DNA from: Thermoproteota archaeon
Lineage (GTDB): Archaea > Thermoproteota > EX4484-205 > JAAOZP01
NCBI GenBank assembly: GCA_038867695.1
Contig: JAWBXT010000001.1
Coordinates: 169-64,168, forward strand
Length of the DNA stretch: 64,000 nucleotides
Direction: 5' to 3'
In this document: one piece after another, positions 9,615 through 19,250 of the stretch
How the letters are laid out: each line of letters opens with the position of its first letter
Numbering within the stretch: position 1 is the first letter of the stretch
Made by a program: the position numbers and the translations under genes
Notes under the pieces: model-generated
What the model was told of the DNA's origin: nothing
Seen by the model: the letters and a program-made list of their open reading frames with translations, nothing else
Database searches by the model: none

Positions 9615-10662
9615 GCTCCTCTAGGATTGATAGATTCCCTCCACTGTATTTTATGAGGTCTTTAAGCTTATTGTAAGCCGTACCGCTTTCTAACGATTCC
9701 CTCGCTATTTCAAACGCTTCGGAAAGATTCTTAGCCTTCCCACCTAGAAAGATTGCAGCCGCAGCGTTAATCAAAACCATGTTTCTTTTCGAAACAAGTC
9801 TATCATCTCCCACACGGTTTCTTAATATGTCTAAAGCCGCCTTTACGCTCTCCTCTTTGGAAGAGACTTGAATGTAGTTTTTATCCGCTCTTTTTAAATT
9901 AAAATCCTCTGGTTCGATGTATTTTGAAACAATCTTTCCGTTGGACACGAGGAGGACATTAGTTCTACCGGTTATGGAGATCTCATCTAATCCATCTGAG
10001 CCGTATACTACCATCGCATTCTCCACACCTATATTCTTGAGTACATTTGCAATGGGTTTAAGGAGATACTTTTCACAGACCCCCATCAGCTGAGCATTAG
10101 CACCGGCGGGATTGGTCAGAGGACCCAGAATGTTGAAAACTGTTCTTATCCCTATCTCTCTCCTGGGCACTACCGCATGCTTCATAGCTGGGTGGAAAAC
10201 TGGGGCGAACATGAATCCTATTCCAATGCTTTCTATAGACTTCTCCACGGCCTCAGGGCTCATGTTAAGGTTGAAGCCTAATGCTTCGAGAAGGTCTGCA
10301 CTACCGCAATTACTCGTTACGGAACGGTTTCCGTGTTTCGCTACGTAAACGCCTGCTCCAGCAGCGATGAGGGCTGCTAAAGTGCTTACGTTAAAAGTCT
10401 TCACAGAGTCTCCCCCTGTCCCACAGGTGTCGACAAGTCTACCGTTAACACTGGGGTTAATACGAATGCAGAACCTCCTCATAACGGATGCGAATGCAGT
10501 TATCTCTTCGACAGTCTCTCCTTTCATCCTCAACGCAGTAATGAATGAAGCTATCTGGGCATCGCTTGCTTTACCAGACATTATTTCAGTCATCGCTTCC
10601 TCAGCCTCTTCTGGAAGGAGGTCTTCCCTTCTAACCAGCTTCGCTATACATTCCCTTATCAA
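9598..10662 (-). CDS. trpD: Anthranilate phosphoribosyltransferase
   Basis: DTCGTGGD; KHGNRS; GLDEIS. Confidence 0.96.
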   Translation of the reverse strand: MIRECIAKLVRREDLLPEEAEEAMTEIMSGKASDAQIASFITALRMKGETVEEITAFASVMRRFCIRINPSVNGRLVDTCGTGGDSVKTFNVSTLAALIAAGAGVYVAKHGNRSVTSNCGSADLLEALGFNLNMSPEAVEKSIESIGIGFMFAPVFHPAMKHAVVPRREIGIRTVFNILGPLTNPAGANAQLMGVCEKYLLKPIANVLKNIGVENAMVVYGSDGLDEISITGRTNVLLVSNGKIVSKYIEPEDFNLKRADKNYIQVSSKEESVKAALDILRNRVGDDRLVSKRNMVLINAAAAIFLGGKAKNLSEAFEIARESLESGTAYNKLKDLIKYSGGNLSILEELENNG

Positions 10663-10665
10663 AGC

Positions 10666-11250
10666 TTATACACCTCCCTCGAGAAAATTCTTCAATATCC
10701 TCCTCCCCTCTTGGGTAAGTATAGACTCGGGATGGAACTGTACCCCTTCAATAGGGTATTCAACATGTCTTAAACCCATTATCTCACAGTCCTCCAGTGA
10801 ATATGCGGTTATTTTCAATGAGGAGGGCATGTCAAAGGCGCTTACTACTAAAGAATGGTAGCGTGTAGCTTCGAATGGGTTAGATACTCCTCTGAATATC
10901 CCTCTACCATCGTGCTTAATCATACTCGTCTTTCCGTGCATAAGCCTGCTTGCATGAGAAATCTTTGCGCCGAAAGCGTACGCAATACCTTGGTGCCCTA
11001 AACACACGCCGAGTATGGGAATCCTAGGGCCTAGTTTACGTATTATTGAAACACAGTTTCCAAAATACTTCTTGTCTTCCGGAGTACCTGGGCCGGGTGA
11101 TATTATGATTCTGTCAGGCCTAAGCTTACTAGCCTTCTTATAATTAAGTACATCATTCCTAAAAACCATTACTGATGCGCCTAATTCTCCTAAGTACTGG
11201 GCGATATTGTATACGAAAGAATCGTAATTGTCTATTAAGAGGACTCTCAT
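10666..11250 (-). CDS. trpG: Anthranilate synthase glutaminase subunit
   Basis: IDNYDSF; SPGPG; GVCLGHQ; QFHPES. Confidence 0.95.
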   Translation of the reverse strand: MRVLLIDNYDSFVYNIAQYLGELGASVMVFRNDVLNYKKASKLRPDRIIISPGPGTPEDKKYFGNCVSIIRKLGPRIPILGVCLGHQGIAYAFGAKISHASRLMHGKTSMIKHDGRGIFRGVSNPFEATRYHSLVVSAFDMPSSLKITAYSLEDCEIMGLRHVEYPIEGVQFHPESILTQEGRRILKNFLEGGV

Positions 11251-12656
11251 TATCCCCCACCCGCCACTTTCAGAGCCTTCAATAAAGCTCTTGCCTTATG
11301 CTCTGTTTCAAACCATTCCTTCTCGGGAATGGAATCTGCAACGATTCCTGCTCCAACTTGAATGTGTCCCCTGTTTTTGTTCACTACGAGGGTTCTAATC
11401 GTTATTGCAAAGTCAGCATTACCGTTGTAAGAGAAGTATCCCACTGCACCAGCATAGGGTCCTCTCCTAGTCGGCTCAAGCTCCTCGATTATCTCCATCG
11501 CCCTGACTTTAGGAGCTCCGGAAACCGTTCCAGCAGGCAGCATAGTTCTAAGAACATCGAAGCAATCCTTGTCTGGTGCAAGTACTCCAACAACCCTGGA
11601 GACAATATGTTGGACATGGCTATACCTATGTATTACCATAAAATCAGGCACTTTTACCGAGCCATATTCCGCAACTCTACCTAGGTCATTCCTAGCTAGG
11701 TCTACAAGCATTACGTGTTCTGCTCTTTCCTTAGGGTCTGCTAAGAGTTCTTTCGCCAGCTTATCGTCTTTTTTCGGATTCCCAGTCTTCTGACGCGTAC
11801 CCGCTATCGGATATGTTTCAATAGTCCTATTCTCGACCCTAACAAGCATTTCAGGGCTTGACCCTATTATGCAAGTGTTACCGTGTTTTAAGAAATACAT
11901 GTAGGGAGAAGGGTTGATTTTACGCAGAGCTCGGTAGAAGCGCATAAGGTCTCCACCAATGTTAAAACTATATCTTTTTGATAATACAACTTGAAAAATA
12001 TCCCCGTTGAAAATGTACTCCTTAGCCTTAGTTACGATTTCTTCATAGTTCTCTTTGCAAATATTCGGCTTCAGCTTGTTAAACTTCAAACTCCCAAAGC
12101 TTATACTAGACTTTAACTTTCTTTCCAGAATATTCAATCTATTCTCAACGGTATAGAAGTAATATGCCTTCCTCCTAGTGTGATCGAACACTATCCCATC
12201 ATCATAAATACCCATCTCCAAATCTGGAAGCTTCAAATCATCTACAGCTATAGATGGGAGTTGTTCCCAATACCTTACAGCGTCGTAGGAAACGTAGCCA
12301 ACAGCACCACCAGCGAATCTGGGACATTTCCGCGAAAGCACTTTAACACTTATCTCTTCTCTTATGATTTCAAGCGGATCGCTAGTTTTAACAACATCTT
12401 TCTTATCACCTGTTATCTCTGTCCTACGGTCCTTAACTTTAATTATCATCCTTGGATCAAAACCTATGAAGGAGAATTCTGCAAGCTTTTGAGGACCAGT
12501 CACTGATTCCAGTAAATACACATAATCATATTCGTACACCAGCCTGGAGAAAACGTCAATTGGGCTTTCATAATTGATTTCCTTGATTTTAAAATCTATT
12601 TTAACAATTCCGCTAGACGGTCGATTACTAAGAGAGACGATGGTTCGAGTAGCCAC
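11250..12656 (-). CDS. trpE: Anthranilate synthase component I (probable GTG start at 12656; ORF track extends to 12821)
   Basis: LLES; GDIFQVVLS; PIAGTR; EHVMLVDLARND; TVSGAPK; AAGGA precedes the GTG. Confidence 0.93.
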   Translation of the reverse strand: MATRTIVSLSNRPSSGIVKIDFKIKEINYESPIDVFSRLVYEYDYVYLLESVTGPQKLAEFSFIGFDPRMIIKVKDRRTEITGDKKDVVKTSDPLEIIREEISVKVLSRKCPRFAGGAVGYVSYDAVRYWEQLPSIAVDDLKLPDLEMGIYDDGIVFDHTRRKAYYFYTVENRLNILERKLKSSISFGSLKFNKLKPNICKENYEEIVTKAKEYIFNGDIFQVVLSKRYSFNIGGDLMRFYRALRKINPSPYMYFLKHGNTCIIGSSPEMLVRVENRTIETYPIAGTRQKTGNPKKDDKLAKELLADPKERAEHVMLVDLARNDLGRVAEYGSVKVPDFMVIHRYSHVQHIVSRVVGVLAPDKDCFDVLRTMLPAGTVSGAPKVRAMEIIEELEPTRRGPYAGAVGYFSYNGNADFAITIRTLVVNKNRGHIQVGAGIVADSIPEKEWFETEHKARALLKALKVAGGG

Positions 12657-12680
12657 AAGTCCTTTCGCGAAAGTAAAGCA

Positions 12681-12727
12681 ATATATAAAAAATTCTGAAC
12701 AAATGAATGCATGTATACATTCGTACA
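12681..12727 (-). promoter_or_regulatory. Putative trp promoter (TATA box) with an upstream palindromic operator-like site
   Basis: TTTTATATAT (-) at 12681-12690; ATGTATACAT palindrome at 12711-12720. Confidence 0.45.
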
Positions 12728-12856
12728 TAAAAGGAAATAATAAATTCTTCTGGGAATCCATAACGTACTCTGATAACCCATTTTTGTTGAAAACAATTAG
12801 GGGCTGAACAAGAGAAACCAATAAATAGCTATTCTACATAATGGGTGGAGGCTCAA

Positions 12857-13153
12857 ATGAGCGGGAAAATAACCATATCTAGAGAAGAAATGCTACATTA
12901 CGCTAGGCTTTGCAGAATCTCATTAAGCGAGCAGGAAATAGACAGGCTTTTGAAGGATGTTAACGAGATACTCGGGTATTTTGAAACCATAAGAAGCCTT
13001 CAGCTGGATGCTGAACCCATGACTTATGTAACTGGCGTAAACGAGTCTCTTAGAGAAGATGAGCCTGCCGAAACTCTTAGTGAAGAAGAAGTCTTCAAAA
13101 ACGCTGGGGAGAAAGAGGATAAATGGTTCGTATCTGGTCAACTATGGGGTTAA
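12857..13153 (+). CDS. gatC: Asp/Glu-tRNA amidotransferase subunit C
   Basis: 'ISREEMLHYARLCRISL...ILGYFE...LRED'; overlaps gatA. Confidence 0.85.
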   Translation: MSGKITISREEMLHYARLCRISLSEQEIDRLLKDVNEILGYFETIRSLQLDAEPMTYVTGVNESLREDEPAETLSEEEVFKNAGEKEDKWFVSGQLWG

Positions 13154-14574
13154 ACAGCTTTTCAGAGCAGGTTATAGAGGTTCAGGAGGGGTCTATAGAC
13201 CCTGTGGAGAGGGTACATCAAGCTCTCGAAAAGATCGAGGCAAATAGGAAATTGAACGCATTCATAACGGTAGATGCAGAGGGAGCATTGAAGAAGGCTG
13301 AGGAGATTAAGAGGAAAAAAGCTAAAGGCGAGAAATTAGGCGTATTGGCAGGAATCATAGTAGCCGTTAAAGACAATATTTCCACAAAAGGCTTAAGGAC
13401 TACATGTTCTTCCAAAATGCTTGAAAACTATGTTCCCGTTTATGATGCCACTGTTATAGAGAGGATAAAGGTTGAGGATGCAATTATAATAGGAAAAACT
13501 AACATGGATGAGTTTGCAATGGGATCTAGTACTGAAACATCATTCTTCGGACCCACGAGAAACTTTTTTGACCACTCTAGAGTAGCAGGGGGAAGCAGCG
13601 GTGGAAGTGCCGTCGCAGTCGCATGCGAGGCCGTAGACGTTGCGCTAGGAAGCGATACTGGTGGTTCAATAAGGAACCCTGCTGCATTCAACTCCATAAT
13701 TGGTTTGAAGCCGACATACGGTAGAGTTTCACGCTACGGCTTAATAGCGTATGCAAGTAGCCTAGACCAGATAGGACCTATGGCCAAAGACACTTTACTA
13801 ACATCACTTCTTCTCCAAGTAATAGCTGGAAGAGACTTAAGGGATTCAACCACTCTTAACAAGCCTGTTCCAAATTATGTTGAAGAAGCTCTGAAGAAAA
13901 CAAAAGGGGTTAAGATAGGTGTGATAAAGGAGGGTTTCGATAATGTAGATGAAAGGGTTTCTAGAAAGGTCTATGATGCATTAAAAGCTCTTGAGGAAGC
14001 CGGGTGCCTTATCGAAGAAGTTTCTATGCCCTTTATAAAATATGCTCTTCCTGCATATTACATAATAGCCACTGCGGAGTGTTCGAGCAACCTGGCCAGG
14101 TTCGACGGAATCCGTTACGGAGGAAAACCCGTAAGGGGAAAATGGGAAGAACAGCTTGTTAAGATCAGGACAGAATGCTTCGGAGAAGAAGTTAAGAGGA
14201 GGATATTCTTAGGCACTTTTGTACTCTCCGCAGGCTATAAGGAGGATTTCTACATAAAAGCCTGTAGAGTTAGGAGGAGGATATACGACGAGTTTAAGCT
14301 TTTACTCAAGAATTATAGTGCTCTGGCAACACCTACAATGCCAGTCCTACCCTGGAAGATAGGGGAATTCCTCTCCCCATTAGAAGTTTATATGATGGAT
14401 ATTGAAACCGTTGCAGTTAACCTAGCGGGATTGCCTGCGATAAGTATTCCGGCAGGATTTGTGGACTCCCTACCTGTGGGACTTCAACTAATAGGAGGCC
14501 ATTTTGATGAGGCAACGTTGTTAAGGATATCATATGTCTACGAGAATGAAATAGGTTTTACTAGATGGTTTTAG
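13123..14574 (+). CDS. gatA: Asp/Glu-tRNA amidotransferase subunit A
   Basis: Amidase signature GGSSGGS, GSDTGGSIR; SNLARFDG; GEEVKRRI. Confidence 0.95.
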   Translation: MVRIWSTMGLNSFSEQVIEVQEGSIDPVERVHQALEKIEANRKLNAFITVDAEGALKKAEEIKRKKAKGEKLGVLAGIIVAVKDNISTKGLRTTCSSKMLENYVPVYDATVIERIKVEDAIIIGKTNMDEFAMGSSTETSFFGPTRNFFDHSRVAGGSSGGSAVAVACEAVDVALGSDTGGSIRNPAAFNSIIGLKPTYGRVSRYGLIAYASSLDQIGPMAKDTLLTSLLLQVIAGRDLRDSTTLNKPVPNYVEEALKKTKGVKIGVIKEGFDNVDERVSRKVYDALKALEEAGCLIEEVSMPFIKYALPAYYIIATAECSSNLARFDGIRYGGKPVRGKWEEQLVKIRTECFGEEVKRRIFLGTFVLSAGYKEDFYIKACRVRRRIYDEFKLLLKNYSALATPTMPVLPWKIGEFLSPLEVYMMDIETVAVNLAGLPAISIPAGFVDSLPVGLQLIGGHFDEATLLRISYVYENEIGFTRWF

Positions 14575-14630
14575 ATCCTCAAGGGAGGCGCAGAAAGGTT
14601 ATAAACCAGTTTTAAATTCCTCCTCGAGGG

Positions 14631-15725
14631 ATGCTTCAGAAGGCTCCTATGCTGCTCATACCTGGTCCGATAACGCTTCCCGAGAGAGTTTTGAAAGCTA
14701 TGGCTAAGCCAATAATAAATCACAGAGGGGAAGAATTTCACAGGCTTTACGAAGAGATAGAGGAGGGATTAAAATACGCCTTCCAGACTGAAAACGACGT
14801 TTACATAATAAGCGGCTCTGGCACTGCTGGGATAGACATGGTTTTCCAGAACTTCGTTTATGAAGGGGAGAGGGTTCTGATACCCGACTTCGGAGATTTT
14901 ACGGAAAGAGCTGTGGAGAACGCTTTAAAAGTGGGTGCTAAACCAGTTACTGTTAAGGCGGAGTGGGGTAAGCTTCCGAGCCTAAGGGAGATAATCAGCA
15001 TAATCGAGAAGGGGGATGTGGAAAGCATTTTCATAGTGCATAACGAGACCTCTACCGGTGTAACGTTCAGAATGATGGAGGAAATACGTAACGTCATTGG
15101 AGATAGGGATATACTTGTTTTCGCAGATACTGTTTCAGACCTTGGTGTAGAGCCTTTTTACACCGATAAGTGGCGTATCGATGTCTGCGTAACAGCCAGC
15201 CAGAAAGGCCTTGGAGGACCTCCTGGATTATCCTTTGCATCAGTAAGCAAGAGGGCTCTAGAAAAGGGGTTAGGCAACCCTAGAAGGAGAAGTTTTTATC
15301 TCGATATCGAGAAGTTACATAAGTTTCATTTGAGGAAAGAGACGCCATTTACTCCCGCCATCACGTTGTTATACGGTATGGCTGAGGCCCTCAATATACT
15401 TAGAGAAGAAGGCTATGAGGGGAGGATAAGAAGACACAGGGAGAATGCTGAGATGATATACGAATTCTTAGAATCAGAGGGGTTTGAAGTTTTTCCGCAA
15501 GAGGAGAAGTACCGATCAATATCCATAATAGTTTTCAAAAACAAAAATTTTGATGCATCCAAAACGATTAAAAAACTATATGAAGAATATGGAATACTTA
15601 TTGCGAGGGGGATGGGTAAGCTGAGAGATGAAACCACCAGGATAGGAAACGTTGGATACGAGGGAAAGGAAGAGATAGAGTATTTCCTCAGATCATTCAA
15701 AACCATATTGAATACTATGCGGTAG
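14631..15725 (+). CDS. Class V PLP-dependent aminotransferase (serine-pyruvate/alanine-glyoxylate type)
   Basis: LIPGP; VHNETSTG; ASQKGLGGPPG. Confidence 0.9.
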   Translation: MLQKAPMLLIPGPITLPERVLKAMAKPIINHRGEEFHRLYEEIEEGLKYAFQTENDVYIISGSGTAGIDMVFQNFVYEGERVLIPDFGDFTERAVENALKVGAKPVTVKAEWGKLPSLREIISIIEKGDVESIFIVHNETSTGVTFRMMEEIRNVIGDRDILVFADTVSDLGVEPFYTDKWRIDVCVTASQKGLGGPPGLSFASVSKRALEKGLGNPRRRSFYLDIEKLHKFHLRKETPFTPAITLLYGMAEALNILREEGYEGRIRRHRENAEMIYEFLESEGFEVFPQEEKYRSISIIVFKNKNFDASKTIKKLYEEYGILIARGMGKLRDETTRIGNVGYEGKEEIEYFLRSFKTILNTMR

Positions 15726-15844
15726 ATATTATGATAGTTTATACTGCTGGTTTTTAACAAACGACTCTTTTTGAAGCAGAAGCTTAACACAATATTAATT
15801 GGGCTTTAAAGGATCGTATGAAAAAAGATTATTATAAAATAAAT

Positions 15845-16579
15845 CTACTCTACTTCTTTTACAGCTACTTCAGCCCTGGTCTCTATCCTTTCGATCTTAC
15901 CGTCACGTATCCAGAATATCCTATCACTGACGTCGATCATTTTCAAGTCATGCGTTGCGTTTATTATGGTAACTTTCTTTTCAGTATTTAGTGTCTTCAA
16001 GAGGTTGATTATCTCCAATCCAGTGTGAAGATCAAGGTTTCCAGTCGGCTCATCTGCAAGGACTATAACCGGATCATTTACTAGTGCCCTAGCTATTGCA
16101 ACCCTCTGTTGCTGTCCGCCTGAAAGTTCACCAGGCTTATGGTCCAACCTGTCTCCTAAGCCTACCCTAGTTAGCATTTCTCTAGCTCTCCTCACTCTTT
16201 CATCTCTCTCAACTCCAGTGAAAATCATCGGCATCATGACATTCTCCATCGCTGTTAACACAGGTATAAGATTAAATGTTTGGAAGACATAACCTATCTT
16301 CTTGGCCCTTAGCCATGCTAGCTCGTAGGCATCGAGGCTTGCTATATCCACTTCGTCAATGAACACTTTCCCCCTCGTAGGTCGATCTAAGCCTCCAACC
16401 ATGTTGAAGAAAGTGGTCTTGCCGCTTCCCGACGGGCCCATTAGTGAAAGATATTCTGACCTTTTGATTCTCACACTCACTCCGTCTAGGGCTTTTACCG
16501 TTACTGGACCCATTATATAGTATTTCGCCAGATCCTCCGTCTCAACAGCATACTCATATCTTAGGGACATTTCCCGCAC
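15845..16579 (-). CDS. ABC transporter ATPase (LolD/MacB type)
   Basis: GPSGSGKT; LSGGQQQR; ADEPTGNLD. Confidence 0.93.
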   Translation of the reverse strand: MREMSLRYEYAVETEDLAKYYIMGPVTVKALDGVSVRIKRSEYLSLMGPSGSGKTTFFNMVGGLDRPTRGKVFIDEVDIASLDAYELAWLRAKKIGYVFQTFNLIPVLTAMENVMMPMIFTGVERDERVRRAREMLTRVGLGDRLDHKPGELSGGQQQRVAIARALVNDPVIVLADEPTGNLDLHTGLEIINLLKTLNTEKKVTIINATHDLKMIDVSDRIFWIRDGKIERIETRAEVAVKEVE

Positions 16580-16582
16580 CTC

Positions 16583-17236
16583 CTAAGCTTCATACCTTAA
16601 TGCCTCCGTGGGACTCAGCCTAGAAGCAATGTAAGCAGGCACCAGAGAAGATATTGTTGCTATGAGTACACCTAAGAGTATGTCTATCAGCGGGTTTGCT
16701 AAAAGTACCAAAATATCGTTGAAGCTACGGGGCATGAAGAAATTAGTCCATAGTCTAACTGCACTGACGAATATTTCGGGATTAGCTCTAGAGAAATACT
16801 GCCATAATGTTGCTACACCCCATCCGGCGATGGCACCTATGCTACCACCTATTAGACCTATTAGAAAAGCCTCTATCAGAAATATCTCTATCACGTGCGA
16901 ATTCATTGCACCTAGGCATTTCATGGTCCCTATCTCCTTGTATCTCTCAGTAACGCTCATAAGCATACTGTTTACGATTCCTACCGAACATATTAGTATA
17001 GCGATAATCGCCATCCAGATCTGATATGTCTGTACAAGTACTCCAGATCCCTCCTGGTATAGTAATGAAACTATTCTTCCGGTCGTTAGGAGGAAGGAGA
17101 GGAAAGAAATTCCTAGTATTATTGAAGTCATTGTTATAAGCGCTCTGCTGAACCTGAATCTGATGCTTTCTAGGCTAAGGAAGAACGCTTCCGAAAGGGG
17201 GAATTTCACTCCCTTATTCTCGCTCAACCGTCCCAC
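16583..17236 (-). CDS. FtsX/MacB-like ABC permease, short form
   Basis: 'SVTERYKEIGTMKCLGA'; 'PAYIASRLSPTEALRY'; about 4 TM segments. Confidence 0.88.
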   Translation of the reverse strand: MGRLSENKGVKFPLSEAFFLSLESIRFRFSRALITMTSIILGISFLSFLLTTGRIVSLLYQEGSGVLVQTYQIWMAIIAILICSVGIVNSMLMSVTERYKEIGTMKCLGAMNSHVIEIFLIEAFLIGLIGGSIGAIAGWGVATLWQYFSRANPEIFVSAVRLWTNFFMPRSFNDILVLLANPLIDILLGVLIATISSLVPAYIASRLSPTEALRYEA

Positions 17237-17458
17237 CCATTGTGGATTTCCAGCATATTTAAAGCTTATTAATCTTTATGTGTAGCACTCTGTACATGAA
17301 CATAAGCGATTTCATAGGGAATTTAGAGAGGATAACGCTAGTTTTAGCAGTAGGTATCTTAGTGATAATCATATACTTTATCGTCAGAAAAACTATTAAG
17401 CGTTGAACAATGATTGTACGTAAATATCCCAGGCAACATATTAAACAATGGTTTATAA

Positions 17459-18976
17459 TTGGAGAGAATGCAGATGTCTAGAGAGGAGCTTATCCAGAGG
17501 TATATTGAGGCTATTCTTGAAAAGAGGAGGGAGATATCAAGAGAGGAGCTTATCCAGAAAATAGAGGAGAGGAAGAAGCATGCCCGCGTTAGCGAAGCAT
17601 ATAGAGAGGTCTGGGCTGTTTTCAGCATAGCGAATGAATTGGGTGTAAGGTTGGAGGATATTTCACTAGAAAAGGAGATTAAGATTGGCAGCATTGTTTC
17701 TGGACTTACCAATATTTCGACGCGGGGGAGAATTATTGCCGTTCTTGAGCCGAAGGAAGTCGAATCCGGCAATGGGAAAATCATGATAACAAGGGTTATA
17801 ATAGGGGATTCCTCCGGCTGGTGTTACTTATACTTGTGGAGAGAGAAAGCAAACTTGCTCCAGGAGCTCGGTATTGACGTCGGAGATGTTATCAAAGTAG
17901 CTAGAGCATACAGTAAGGAAGGAAGACTTGGGACCGTGGAGATACATCTAGGTAATACAGGAAGCATATCAAAGATTGGAGAAAGCCCCGACATACCTCC
18001 CAGAGAAACTTTCTTTAAAAAACTCAGAGAACTAAACTATAATGACAATGTCGTTAACATTAAGGCTATGGTAATAGGGGTTTCTGAGTTAAAGAAGTTT
18101 TCAGATCCAGTGAGGGGCGAGGGGGCTGTTAGGAGGATTATCCTGGCGGATGGAGATTTTAGAATGCCGTTAACCCTCTGGCATGAACATTCTACAAGAA
18201 TAGCCGAAAAAGATGTTTTCAGTATGGTTCTAGTAGCCGGAGCTAGGCTTAGGAAGGGCTTAAGCGGAAACCTAGAATTAGAACTCAATTCAATGGGGTA
18301 TTTAGAAATACTCAATAAGACAGGAGAGGCGAAGTATAGTGTTCTTTCTAAGGTAGATCGGGGTAAACTCGTCAACCTAAAGCTTCAGGTACTCAAAATG
18401 TTTAAGGATAATACTATCTCCTTAGGAGGAAGGGTTCGAAGGGTTATGGATACCATTGTCTCAGACGGTGAATCCTACGCCGTATTAACTTGCTGGGGCA
18501 ACATTATAGATAAGCTTAGACAGATAGATGCTGAAGGTAAGAGAGTATCATTTCTAAACGTTATCGTTAGAAACTGTGAGAGACAAATATTGCTAAGCAC
18601 GACCTCGTCTACAACTATAATTGGTGTTGAAGAGGGTCTTCCGAACCTGAAGATTCCTGAAAGAGCATATAGGATTAGTGAGCTTGAACCAGGTATGAGA
18701 AAGATTCATGTTGAGGGTGTTGTTTCCACAAACCCAGAAGAGCAGGATGTCGTTTTAGCCACCGGAGAAAGGATAAGAGTATGCCGTCTAAACCTGATGG
18801 ATGATACGGGGTTGGTGGAAGTAATAGCATGGCGCGAGAATACCAGCAAAATACTAGAATTAAGGGCGGGAGAGGGGATAAGAATTAAATGGTGCAACGT
18901 TAGGGAGAGGGGAATAGGAAGATTATGCATTGAGGTTACTGACGATAGTGAGATAGAGGTGGTGAATTTTGGGTGA
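17459..18976 (+). CDS. Multi-OB-fold replication protein A / ssDNA-binding protein
   Basis: Four OB-like repeats (GDSSG...LW, ADGD...LW, SDGE...CW, MDDTG...AW). Confidence 0.8.
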   Translation: MERMQMSREELIQRYIEAILEKRREISREELIQKIEERKKHARVSEAYREVWAVFSIANELGVRLEDISLEKEIKIGSIVSGLTNISTRGRIIAVLEPKEVESGNGKIMITRVIIGDSSGWCYLYLWREKANLLQELGIDVGDVIKVARAYSKEGRLGTVEIHLGNTGSISKIGESPDIPPRETFFKKLRELNYNDNVVNIKAMVIGVSELKKFSDPVRGEGAVRRIILADGDFRMPLTLWHEHSTRIAEKDVFSMVLVAGARLRKGLSGNLELELNSMGYLEILNKTGEAKYSVLSKVDRGKLVNLKLQVLKMFKDNTISLGGRVRRVMDTIVSDGESYAVLTCWGNIIDKLRQIDAEGKRVSFLNVIVRNCERQILLSTTSSTTIIGVEEGLPNLKIPERAYRISELEPGMRKIHVEGVVSTNPEEQDVVLATGERIRVCRLNLMDDTGLVEVIAWRENTSKILELRAGEGIRIKWCNVRERGIGRLCIEVTDDSEIEVVNFG

Positions 18977-19250
18977 TGAGGCTGTAGTTATTGTTGGGAG
19001 AAAGAAACCTTGGAGTTACGTTACGGCATGTATTACCGTGTTCAATAGTGGAAGCAAAACACTTACCATAAGGGGTAGAGGTGAGAACATCTCTAGAGCA
19101 GTTGATGTTGCCAACTTATTGCGAAGAAACATAGCAGGCACACAAATAATCGAGGTAAGGATTCTGGAAGAAAGCGGTGGTGGAACTTCGAGAATAACTC
19201 CCGTGATTGAAATAGTTGTGGAAAACCCTCACTTAAAAGAAGCTAAGTAG
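18969..19250 (+). CDS. albA: Chromatin protein Alba
   Basis: VGRKKP-x-YV; RGRGENISRAVDV. Confidence 0.88.
   Translation: MGDEAVVIVGRKKPWSYVTACITVFNSGSKTLTIRGRGENISRAVDVANLLRRNIAGTQIIEVRILEESGGGTSRITPVIEIVVENPHLKEAK

Noticed and set aside
12596..12658. TTG-TGG (Met-Trp) 20-aa frame as a trp leader peptide
   Set aside because: Single Trp, overlaps the probable trpE start out of frame, and no attenuator structure is seen; cannot be separated from chance
12657..12821. N-terminal extension of trpE in the ORF track
   Set aside because: Runs through the AT-rich promoter region; the GTG at 12656 with upstream AAGGA is more plausible
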